A program made the translations under genes and the position numbers. Shown one piece after another: positions 50,140-58,775 of a DNA stretch of 64,000 nucleotides (positions within the stretch are counted from its first letter, which is position 1; the number at the start of each line of letters is the position of its first letter). The notes under the pieces are model-generated. The model did no database searches. It was given only the letters and a program-made list of their open reading frames with translations, and had not been told where the DNA came from. Origin of the DNA: Candidatus Omnitrophota bacterium (GTDB lineage Bacteria; Omnitrophota; Gorgyraeia; Duberdicusellales; 4484-171); assembly GCA_021735655.1 (NCBI GenBank), contig JAIPGM010000005.1:45461-109460 (forward strand), read 5' to 3'.

Positions 50140-51295
50140 TTGTTGTAGAATGGACACTTACTCAAAACAACACTTTTTGCCATGAAAGGAGCTTTTGTAT
50201 CATGAACCACACCCAATCTTATACCATAAACGGCTGTATATTCCAAGAGTTTTTACTGCTTCTGGGCAGGGTTGTCCACAGTGACCTGATCCGGCAGATG
50301 GAGTACCTGAAAGTGGAGAATGAGGTTCTGCGGACCAAATGCCCGAAACGGATAACCACAAGCCCGGCCGAGAAACGTAAGCTCATCAAATACGGCCTTG
50401 CCTGCAGGGGCAGAATAAAAGGCATTATATCCATCGTAAGCTATTCTACCTTCAGGCGCTGGGTAAATGGCGATATCCGCAATAAATATAAGCCTTCCAA
50501 GCAAGGCACGCCCAGAAAGACCACACAGGAAATAATAGACCTTATAGTACGCCTTGCCCGGGAAAACTGCGACTGGGGCTATGGCCGGATAATGGGCGAG
50601 TTAAAGAAACTAAACATCATCAGACTGTCCCGGAATACCATAAAGGCCATAATGCGCCAGAACGGCCTTGATCCGGCACCAATAAGGGCCCATGACTCAT
50701 GGGATGCCTATATAAAGCGCCATTTCGAAACCTTATGGGCTTGTGACTTCTTTACCAAGACCATCTGGACAGCCATGGGGCCCAAGCTATTCCATGTATT
50801 ATTCTTCTTGAATATCAGAACCCGGAAGGTCCATATAGCCGGTATAACAGAAAAACCTAAAAAGGAATGGGTGATGGAAGCGTCAAAGACGGTATCGTTT
50901 CTATTCAAAGATAAGACCAAGAAGCTCCTTATTCGAGACGGTGATGCTAAATTCCCGAAAGAGTTCAATAGCCTTTTCAAAGACTGTAATACAAAAGTCA
51001 AAAAGATACCGCACCGGTCACCGAATCTTAACCCTTATGCCGAAGGCTTCGTGGGAACCATAAAAAGGGAATGCACGGATCACTTCTTCGTGTTCGGCGA
51101 ACGTCACTTCGAATACCTTGTCCGGGAATACGTCAAATACTATAATACCAAACGTCCGCATTCCGGCCGGGATAACCGGCCCCTTGAATATCATTCGGAG
51201 AAATCAACCGGCAAGCTCAAATGCGACTCACGCCTGGGTGGGATGATTAAGCATTATTATTGGGGGTAACGGAAGGTCACAGTAACTCATCCTCA
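50140..51295 (+). mobile_element. IS element (IS481/IS3-like, single DDE transposase ORF); ends approximate
   Basis: Transposase ORF with a local rise in GC relative to flanks. Terminal inverted repeats could not be defined by eye. Confidence 0.4.
50202..51269 (+). CDS. DDE transposase with N-terminal HTH/leucine-zipper and rve integrase core domain
   Basis: AAAGGAG RBS. rve-type motifs (..WACDFF.., RDGDAKF, NTKRPHSG). 355 aa. Codon usage and GC differ from neighbours. Confidence 0.8.
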   Translation: MNHTQSYTINGCIFQEFLLLLGRVVHSDLIRQMEYLKVENEVLRTKCPKRITTSPAEKRKLIKYGLACRGRIKGIISIVSYSTFRRWVNGDIRNKYKPSKQGTPRKTTQEIIDLIVRLARENCDWGYGRIMGELKKLNIIRLSRNTIKAIMRQNGLDPAPIRAHDSWDAYIKRHFETLWACDFFTKTIWTAMGPKLFHVLFFLNIRTRKVHIAGITEKPKKEWVMEASKTVSFLFKDKTKKLLIRDGDAKFPKEFNSLFKDCNTKVKKIPHRSPNLNPYAEGFVGTIKRECTDHFFVFGERHFEYLVREYVKYYNTKRPHSGRDNRPLEYHSEKSTGKLKCDSRLGGMIKHYYWG

Positions 51296-52101
51296 TTAAT
51301 GTAACGAAATATAGCAGTGTCATTCGAAGCTTTCATTGCGTATTCGTTTTCTAATCGATATCGTGCCACACACTGGAGAAAAGAACCAATGTCATGAAGA
51401 TGGCGAACTTGATCCCATGAATCCAACTTTAAATCAATGCCATAACCAGGCTTTCTAACAATATGAGCAATGCTGTGTCTAATCGAATCCTTCACGTATT
51501 CTCCGGCACTCACATTATTAGTATTTTGATCATGAAGAAAAATTCTATTGGCTGTAAAACGAGTTATAGTTTCACGCATATACTCTAACTCTCGAGGCCA
51601 ATTACCAACAAGATTATTAATATAAGCAACGGCCACACTTTCATCTGCGCTGGGATATACCAAACAATGCCAGAAAAAAAGAATTTGCAAATAAATATTA
51701 TTTGAGCTATTTGCTTCCCGATATAAACGGGCTAACTGGATTTGCTCCGGTGTACTCAAAAGAGATATTGTATAGAATTCGTCCATGGATTCACTGGCAT
51801 TTATCGACCTTTTGACGGAAAAACGAATGTTAACCTTGTTTAGTTTAGCGTCTACCTGCGAACTTATCCCGGAGTGCGTTATAACCCGAGCATTATTAGC
51901 AAAGGTAAAAGCGGAAAGAAATTCAGTCATCAGCTCAAACATCTTCGGTTGGCTACTGCCCTTGGGAATCTTGCATACCAGATCGTCAGTTTCATTGCTC
52001 TTATAATGAGGCACATATTTAAAATCAACATCCTTATAACGAAAATAATATACATCCTTGCGGAAAGCTATCGATATGTCTACTCCGATTGCATAAATCA
52101 T
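51277..52101 (-). CDS. Hypothetical protein, fourth gene of the SIR2 operon
   Basis: 274-aa ORF, 34 nt after the preceding gene, same strand. No recognised motif. Confidence 0.45.
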   Translation of the reverse strand: MIYAIGVDISIAFRKDVYYFRYKDVDFKYVPHYKSNETDDLVCKIPKGSSQPKMFELMTEFLSAFTFANNARVITHSGISSQVDAKLNKVNIRFSVKRSINASESMDEFYTISLLSTPEQIQLARLYREANSSNNIYLQILFFWHCLVYPSADESVAVAYINNLVGNWPRELEYMRETITRFTANRIFLHDQNTNNVSAGEYVKDSIRHSIAHIVRKPGYGIDLKLDSWDQVRHLHDIGSFLQCVARYRLENEYAMKASNDTAIFRYINEDELL

Positions 52102-52135
52102 ATTAATTCCATGATATAAAGGTTGTTTTCAAAGT

Positions 52136-53029
52136 TTATTGTTCGATAGAAGGCTTTTTGGCTTTAAAATAGTTCAGTAATAAGTAATAACGCAGTGCCA
52201 ATTTTTTATCTCCGGCTTCTTTTCTTTTTTTGTATTCTGATTCCACAAATTTAGATGCTTGGCCAAGTCCTTCTTCAAATTTCTTTGCCTGTTCTGAGTT
52301 TTCATTTATACTTTGTAAGAATTCCTTACCGAGATAATCTAATATTGACACACCATCTAAATCCCGGACTATCATTTTTAGACAACTCGTTGCCATAACC
52401 TTGCACAGCTCGACATCCTCATTGGTTTGTGCGGGTAATTGCGGATGCTTATTTGCTAACGTCGCCAAATAATTTAACAGTTCCCGCCCGATAACTATTC
52501 GTGGATATTCCGCAATTTTGCTTTCCAATGCATATGCCTTATATAAGGCAAGTCCATAAATTTCGCCATTAACCAATTCAGTTCCCAAGCCCACTTCTAT
52601 ACCGGCTCGAAATGCCTTTTTCATTGCCAAAGATAAAACCATCATGCCTCCACACGCTAACAGTGTGCCAAAGACACCATTAATTGCATGTGAGTGATAT
52701 TTATCCGTATGCAGACAAACGTAAGCTTGAATACAATCTGAAAAACGTTGATGCTTCAAATTGCTTTTTAGCATTTCTTTGAATTGCTCCATTTTTTCCG
52801 GAGGCACTTTAACCGAAGGCTCCCTTTCTTCTGTATAAGCATCAAAGAAATCCTGGAATCCATTGCGCAAAGTTTCGACGAACATCGCTGTTTGTTTATG
52901 GGCTTCTACTAAGCGTGGATGATTATCTTCAAGGGATTGGCCTTCAAGCCCTTGAAAAGCTTCTTTCTGGCCTAAAATATCGATAAAAGCTACAAGATAA
53001 TAATAGTAATTTATGTTATCTTTTGCCAT
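52136..53029 (-). CDS. Nucleotide-cyclase/GGDEF-like palm-domain protein (third gene of the SIR2 operon)
   Basis: YLVAFIDILGQKEAF resembles the metal-binding strand FaDIvGFT of class III cyclases. FRAGIEVGLGTELVNGEIYG..AYALES resembles RiGIhtGpvvaGviG..VNtAsRlES. The central segment ACGGMMVLSL occupies the position of a GGDEF-like turn. Confidence 0.45.
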   Translation of the reverse strand: MAKDNINYYYYLVAFIDILGQKEAFQGLEGQSLEDNHPRLVEAHKQTAMFVETLRNGFQDFFDAYTEEREPSVKVPPEKMEQFKEMLKSNLKHQRFSDCIQAYVCLHTDKYHSHAINGVFGTLLACGGMMVLSLAMKKAFRAGIEVGLGTELVNGEIYGLALYKAYALESKIAEYPRIVIGRELLNYLATLANKHPQLPAQTNEDVELCKVMATSCLKMIVRDLDGVSILDYLGKEFLQSINENSEQAKKFEEGLGQASKFVESEYKKRKEAGDKKLALRYYLLLNYFKAKKPSIEQ

Positions 53030-53045
53030 AATACGTCTCAGCCCA

Positions 53046-55826
53046 CTACTTGTTATATTTCTTATAAATTTCTGTTAAAAACTCAAACCCTGCTCTAGCA
53101 TATTTATCACAAATAGAATTTGCAATTTCATTTTTAAAACCAGCTAAATAAATTTTTTCAACAATAGATTGAATATTTTCTTGCTTATACCACGGAATAC
53201 TTTTTTCTATCATTATTAAAAATACATTCCCTACGTCTTTTGGGTTAACGTCTGCTAATTTATCGAAATACTCAAGTAAGAATGAACTATGGTAACGCTC
53301 TTCTACATATTTAATTGACTGCTTCAACCAATCCACCTGCTCTGTTTGTAATTGATCAAGAAATACCGCGAGTAGATTCAAATCGGAAAGGATGTCTTTG
53401 TTTTTGTCTTCTTTTCCTTTTGTTCTGTTAAAACAATACCGCCAAAATTCAAATATTCTTTCCTTTTGGTCGCAATCTAATTGCGCATCCCTATGAGCCC
53501 AAAAAAGACTGATCACCTCTTCAATATCATTTGGGTCCCATTTTTCTAAAATATATTTAAACAAACTGTCTTGGCCATCTATAGTCTCTTGCCCCCTTAA
53601 GTAGGATATTGTTACATTTTCTACAATTCGTCTTTTCGCTTGATCGTTCGAAAATTTTGTATCAAGCGCACGCCTTAGATGACCGTTATCTTTTAATAGA
53701 TTGTAGATAACAGCATAAACGGTATTGACATAAGAATATCCTTGCATAGCGCATCGCCAATGCTTTTCTTCAGCAGGAAAGATATTATTAATATTCGAAG
53801 TAACCCAATTTTTCTGCAAATAATACAAATTAGGCAAATAAGCACCAGATAGGCTTGAGAATTCGAAGTTTCCTTCCTTTGTTCTTTCAATCTCCCGACT
53901 AAATAGTGGCGCTACTGTCTTCCAGAAATCCTCTTTTTCTTTTATACCTTTATCAGGCAATTTTTCGAAATCACGGTACCGCCTAAGGACATAACTTTTA
54001 AAACTCTCTAGCACATGACCCTTTGTGGTATTAATCGCTTCGGTAAGCGCGTCTTCATCTTTACCACTTGCTGTTGATTCTTGTTTATCAAGCAGGGTCC
54101 GAATAATATTGTCTATTCTCTTATAATTATTCTCAGTAAGATTCAAATCGTCATTCTGAATCCCATTCTTGATCAAATCCGAGATAGCCGCAGGAATCCA
54201 ACTTTTCTTAGGTTCAAGGGGAAACTGACTCTCCTTCTCTTTCCCGTCCCACAATACATCATCGCAGACGATAGCTTGACAAAAGTCTAAAATCTTGTCC
54301 CAATTAATCTCTTTTTTATCCCGCGCAAGTTCTTCAAACGCCTCTATTACATAATACCAATATTCGTAACTAGACTTCTTGAACTCAATGAGACAATTTT
54401 CAAAAAATCCCTGTTTTAGCTTAATCGCTTCTTTTAAAGACTGGCCTGCTTCTCGTATCGCAGTTTCTCCAAAGCGGTTTTTACCTTTGAAGTTACCAAG
54501 GAAAGTAATAATTTCGTTAATGCTTCCCTGTGCCAACAATTCACTAGCTGAAAATAGAGACTCATCCCCCCATGATACAGGTCCAATATAACTTAAGAAT
54601 TCTGGATGTTCCGGCTTATAATCAATCCCTTTAAAATATTTCTCCTCTACATCATTCGGTATTGAATATCCCGAAACTTTAATAGCATATAGCCATCGCC
54701 TGCGAAGTATCGCATCCAATTTTTCCTTATCAACATCTTTTCTCCAGTCCCCGGACAACTGAACAACATCATTCATCAATGAATTCTGAAGATCTTGAGA
54801 AAATTGTTTAAAGTGGCGTGTTATCAGCTTATACAGTTCGTGGTGATAATTACTTTCGAGGAAAATAGTTTTACCGGTATCGCGAATGATTTTTTCACTA
54901 GTGGTTTTGTATTTATCAAACAACTGTCCTGTAATATACAATGAAAAACGTCTAATAATATGCTTGTCTGACCTAAAGCATGATTCAATAATAGTAGACG
55001 CTTCCTGTGAGGACGCATAGGCAAGAAACACATCTCTTAATCCAGAAACTAAAATATGTCGATATTCATCTCTGCTTATATTCTGTTCGCTATCTTCGAT
55101 TGCTGGACGCCACATATAAGAATATGCGTCATCCTTTTCCGTCACAATATGCTCAATTTTCTTCTTAAGAATTTCGACAATTTCGGCACCATATTTTTCG
55201 CCCAAATGCGTAGCATTGATCTTAAATAATTCCTGCAAACTATGGGCACCAAGGCTATGCCGATTTTCAATCCTGATGAAGTCAAGAATGATTTCTATAA
55301 GTCGGCTAACTTTTTGTAACTCCTCTGGTTCTTTCAATAAGTTTGGCAAAAGGGTTTTGCCAATCTCCAGCATTACCATTGAGGCATCAAACTTACTGTC
55401 AAGCCAATCAGCAATAAGCTCAATATCTTTTATTTCCACGACATCTGACGGCAAGAGTGCCATGATTTTAACAAAAGACTGCCACGTACGCCAATTATCT
55501 GCTTTTTTGGTCTTATCATCGGGACGAGTCACCTCACGAATAATTGACATTAACTTTCGGACATGCTCTTTATTTCCAGATTTCGAGCATTCTTTGGATA
55601 CCTTTTCTAAATATGTCAAAGCAGGCCAATATGGAATTGAGAAGAAACCTTTGTTTTTTTCCGACTCTACTGGAGAAGGATTATTTGTTGAACCAAAATA
55701 ACCATGATCTTTAAGCAAAGTAAGATATTCAACCTTCGACAATTCATTAAAGACCTGTGCTCGGTATTCAGCCCCTTTTGCCATGTAATCTAAAAGACTT
55801 TTTTGCTCTGGAGTTATATTCGTCAT
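53046..55826 (-). CDS. Large (926 aa) all-alpha-helical repeat protein, second gene of the SIR2 operon; no NTPase motifs
   Basis: No Walker A/B. Helix-rich composition throughout. Start overlaps the SIR2 stop (ATGA). Confidence 0.5.
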   Translation of the reverse strand: MTNITPEQKSLLDYMAKGAEYRAQVFNELSKVEYLTLLKDHGYFGSTNNPSPVESEKNKGFFSIPYWPALTYLEKVSKECSKSGNKEHVRKLMSIIREVTRPDDKTKKADNWRTWQSFVKIMALLPSDVVEIKDIELIADWLDSKFDASMVMLEIGKTLLPNLLKEPEELQKVSRLIEIILDFIRIENRHSLGAHSLQELFKINATHLGEKYGAEIVEILKKKIEHIVTEKDDAYSYMWRPAIEDSEQNISRDEYRHILVSGLRDVFLAYASSQEASTIIESCFRSDKHIIRRFSLYITGQLFDKYKTTSEKIIRDTGKTIFLESNYHHELYKLITRHFKQFSQDLQNSLMNDVVQLSGDWRKDVDKEKLDAILRRRWLYAIKVSGYSIPNDVEEKYFKGIDYKPEHPEFLSYIGPVSWGDESLFSASELLAQGSINEIITFLGNFKGKNRFGETAIREAGQSLKEAIKLKQGFFENCLIEFKKSSYEYWYYVIEAFEELARDKKEINWDKILDFCQAIVCDDVLWDGKEKESQFPLEPKKSWIPAAISDLIKNGIQNDDLNLTENNYKRIDNIIRTLLDKQESTASGKDEDALTEAINTTKGHVLESFKSYVLRRYRDFEKLPDKGIKEKEDFWKTVAPLFSREIERTKEGNFEFSSLSGAYLPNLYYLQKNWVTSNINNIFPAEEKHWRCAMQGYSYVNTVYAVIYNLLKDNGHLRRALDTKFSNDQAKRRIVENVTISYLRGQETIDGQDSLFKYILEKWDPNDIEEVISLFWAHRDAQLDCDQKERIFEFWRYCFNRTKGKEDKNKDILSDLNLLAVFLDQLQTEQVDWLKQSIKYVEERYHSSFLLEYFDKLADVNPKDVGNVFLIMIEKSIPWYKQENIQSIVEKIYLAGFKNEIANSICDKYARAGFEFLTEIYKKYNK

Positions 55827-56812
55827 TTGTTTAATAACCGCCTTATGACATCTTTTTCTTCTTCAAAATTAGGCTTATTGACTTTAGCTTTTAGAACAGC
55901 TGCCCATTTAATAATGATCTCTTCCAAATGAACGTGTCCTTTTTTGTCGATGTTATAGTCAATCAATTTTATGCCACAATGTCTTTCAAAATATCCCTTA
56001 AGATGCTTATAGGCAGCGTTATCCCTGCTCATACGTGGATATAGCCAAAAATGCCTTGGTTCTTCAACCCTCGGGGAATTGCTTTTTCTAACAATGAACT
56101 CCAATATTTCTTCTTCTTCCAGTCCATATCCAATAAACAAGACAATCTTCCGCGAAAACAAATCATTTAAAAAATCTATAACAAATCTATTCATATAATG
56201 ATCCATATAATCTCTGGTGGTCATAATCATGGTTTCTTTGCTTTTTACGCTTCCATGAAGATGAATAACCGAGCCTGGCTGATCTAGTCGCGCAGATGTT
56301 AAATCCTCTTTCCTGAAAAATACAGAAGTAGGAGAGGTAATTCCAGAGTTTCCCAGAGAACTGTCATCACCTTTTGAACTTAATATTTTATTATCAGCGA
56401 GCTTATCAAGGCAATCATCATAATTAGTCGTTACAAAAACAGTCCCTATCGAATACAAAGCATCGTATATCGCCGTTTTTACCGCTATTTCTTTATCCTG
56501 AAAAATTAACCTTCCATAATCATAATCGATGCCTTTTGCTTTGTAGTTATCAAAAAAAATAGAGAGTTGAATCTTGGGGTTTAAGGCTAAGAGAGAAGAT
56601 TTTTCTGAATATTCGATGTGCCCTTCTTTATAGAGAATGTCAATCGCCCGTCTTCCAAGCTCAACCCATGAAGGGTACCCCAATAATCTAGATACTCCAT
56701 TGCCGACAAACAAAATTAATTTGCCGTTTTGAGCTGCGTCGATAATAGACGAATGATCTTCTATGTTGGGAATAATTCTTGACGCAGGATTTTTATCTTC
56801 TATCGTCATCAA
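55823..56812 (-). CDS. Stand-alone SIR2_2-family (defence-type sirtuin-like NADase) domain protein
   Basis: Motifs in the canonical order: KLILFVGNGVSR (GAGxS equivalent), VFVTTNYDDCLD, VIHLHGSV (catalytic His), IVLFIGYGLEE. 329 aa. Confidence 0.75.
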   Translation of the reverse strand: MMTIEDKNPASRIIPNIEDHSSIIDAAQNGKLILFVGNGVSRLLGYPSWVELGRRAIDILYKEGHIEYSEKSSLLALNPKIQLSIFFDNYKAKGIDYDYGRLIFQDKEIAVKTAIYDALYSIGTVFVTTNYDDCLDKLADNKILSSKGDDSSLGNSGITSPTSVFFRKEDLTSARLDQPGSVIHLHGSVKSKETMIMTTRDYMDHYMNRFVIDFLNDLFSRKIVLFIGYGLEEEEILEFIVRKSNSPRVEEPRHFWLYPRMSRDNAAYKHLKGYFERHCGIKLIDYNIDKKGHVHLEEIIIKWAAVLKAKVNKPNFEEEKDVIRRLLNK

Positions 56813-57157
56813 TAATACCCCCTAATATACGTTTCTAAATCTACCTCTCCGTCCAATACCTCTGCTTGATCCAAAACCTTTTTGACGGGTACAGTATATT
56901 CACCGGTCGGTTAGTTCCCCACTACCTGCTAACCCTTCTACCAACCTAATTTACCAACCCATGATTCTTACTGGTTAGTTATCTGGGCAGTTTTCAGGGT
57001 AGTCTTTTTAGGATATTCAAAATATTTGTTACTCATACATGACCTTTATAATATTACTTTCATAAAAAATGCCATAACCTGAATTCTATCGGGCTACGGC
57101 AAATCGCAATGGCAGGTCTTTTAGTCTAAAACTCTCGAGCAACCTTCGCCCATCAAA

Positions 57158-57931
57158 TTAGCACTTTAAACATTTTTCTTTTTTAGTCGACTGCTGTTTT
57201 GAATGTATTCGTTCCCGCGCCATCCGACAATACTCTGGAGAAATATCAATGCCGATATAATTTCGTTTAAGGTCCCTTGAAACAACGGCTGTCGTTCCCG
57301 AGCCCATAAAAGGATCAAGTACAATTTTAGCATTGGTTGATGATACAATTCTTTGAATCAAAGATACAGGAAATGGAGCAGGGTGCCCATTTTTCATTTC
57401 CTGCGTAAATTCCCAAACATCACCGTAGGCATTCGCTTTTTTTGCCAATTTGAAATCCGGTTTAGCTATCAAGTATATAACCTCATAAGTAGGCAAGAAA
57501 TACCCTGCGTTAAAATTAATTCCACCTTTTCTTTTCCAAACAATAATCTGGCGCACAGGAAATTTACTGACAATGTCATGCCGGTCTTGAAGCAAGCCAT
57601 TTTGTACCCGCCATTTATGATTATAAAAAATTGCTCCGTCATTTTTTATTAATCTATACATTTCATCGAGACATTTAATTTGCCATGACACATATTCTTC
57701 ATGAGGCATACAGTCATCATGATGACTGTATCCGTTAATCAAAGCGGCTCTCGACCATTTACCACCGCGACCATCTTTCATACCGTTTCCTGTAGAATTC
57801 TTAAGATTGTAAGGCGGAGATGTCACAGCCAAATCAATCGATTCGTCCGGCATTGCTTTCATTACTTCTAAACAATCACCGCAAATGATCTTATTCAGAT
57901 AATCCTTAGGAAATTTTAGTTTAGCACTCAT
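57158..57931 (-). CDS. DNA amino-methyltransferase, beta-class (motif IV SPPY N-terminal, motif I FMGSGTT C-terminal); N4-cytosine or N6-adenine
   Basis: LAVTSPPYNL near the N-terminus. DPFMGSGTTAVVS near the C-terminus. Confidence 0.8.
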   Translation of the reverse strand: MSAKLKFPKDYLNKIICGDCLEVMKAMPDESIDLAVTSPPYNLKNSTGNGMKDGRGGKWSRAALINGYSHHDDCMPHEEYVSWQIKCLDEMYRLIKNDGAIFYNHKWRVQNGLLQDRHDIVSKFPVRQIIVWKRKGGINFNAGYFLPTYEVIYLIAKPDFKLAKKANAYGDVWEFTQEMKNGHPAPFPVSLIQRIVSSTNAKIVLDPFMGSGTTAVVSRDLKRNYIGIDISPEYCRMARERIHSKQQSTKKEKCLKC

Positions 57932-57955
57932 TTCATTCTTTCGATAACAGGTTAA

Positions 57956-58762
57956 TCAAAACACCTCTTTAACATCATCATATAGATCCGACCACACGCC
58001 TTGCTTGAGCCGAAATTTTGTTCCGTGGTTATGTCCCGTTCGGGCGTCAAAATCAATCAACAAACTTCCTGCCTCTACACAGCACAAGAATTTCTCAAAT
58101 GAAAAACCAGATAGAACAGAAAGGTGTTGATAGCAAAAATACTCATGCCCGTCGTCAATTTTGGCCTCAGCGATAACGTAAAAACAATTCTTTATTTTTT
58201 CGCCAATCGCATACTTCAAATCTTCAAAGCCCCAATAAGGCTCCGGTGAAATCGCTCCCAAGCCAGCTCTTTTTTTAACAGAAGATAGCCATGCCTTGAT
58301 CTCAGGGTCTGCCATATCAGCCTTCTTTGAGTCAAATACGAACTTCAACTTTTTAGCAGTACGATCAACGACTACTGTAAATCCGCGATTTGTAAAACTA
58401 CTAGAGCTGGTGGTAGACCGAAAACTCATTTCAGTTTTGGGGTATTTAAACCCAGCCTGTTTATGTGGCCAACCATATTTTGGTAAAAGAATATTGCTTA
58501 CAATCCGAGCCGCTGTTGGCGATGGTTCAATGTGCTTTAATGTTATAAGCGAAGAAGAATGCGCTCGCTGTCCTTTAAGCTCCCATTCTCGAGCATTAGG
58601 AATCGGCAGATTGTTTTCTGTAATGCCAAGAAGAACTTCAAGCGTGTTGCCAACAGCGCCATCATTTCGAGTGTCTCGTGTTTGTTTTACGCTCTTATGC
58701 CACCCTTTCGATGCGATAGCTTTAATTTCCTTGATTAACTCATCCTTTGAAAATAATTTCAT
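57956..58762 (-). CDS. Type II restriction endonuclease, MvaI/BcnI-like
   Basis: Sandwiched between two MTase genes with 24- and 13-nt spacers. N-terminal pattern MKLFSKDEL..DGAVGNTLEVLLGI.ENN..EWELKG matches my recollection of this family. A candidate ExK (VIAEAK) follows acidic residues. Confidence 0.5.
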   Translation of the reverse strand: MKLFSKDELIKEIKAIASKGWHKSVKQTRDTRNDGAVGNTLEVLLGITENNLPIPNAREWELKGQRAHSSSLITLKHIEPSPTAARIVSNILLPKYGWPHKQAGFKYPKTEMSFRSTTSSSSFTNRGFTVVVDRTAKKLKFVFDSKKADMADPEIKAWLSSVKKRAGLGAISPEPYWGFEDLKYAIGEKIKNCFYVIAEAKIDDGHEYFCYQHLSVLSGFSFEKFLCCVEAGSLLIDFDARTGHNHGTKFRLKQGVWSDLYDDVKEVF

Positions 58763-58775
58763 AATCTCCCTTTCA

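Noticed and set aside
50100-51300. Precise IS boundaries and target-site duplication
   Set aside because: I compared both ends by eye. I found only weak direct similarity (GGACACTTACTCA versus GGTCACAGTAACTCA) and no convincing terminal inverted repeats. The boundaries are therefore left approximate.
55216-55701. 161-aa ORF antisense within the 926-aa gene
   Set aside because: It is a shadow ORF with no RBS. The long minus-strand ORF is continuous and operon-coupled.
53046-55826. 926-aa protein as a STAND/AAA or HerA-type NTPase partner of SIR2
   Set aside because: I scanned for Walker A (GxxxxGK[ST]) and found none. The only GKT, in LEIGKTLL, lacks the upstream Gly.
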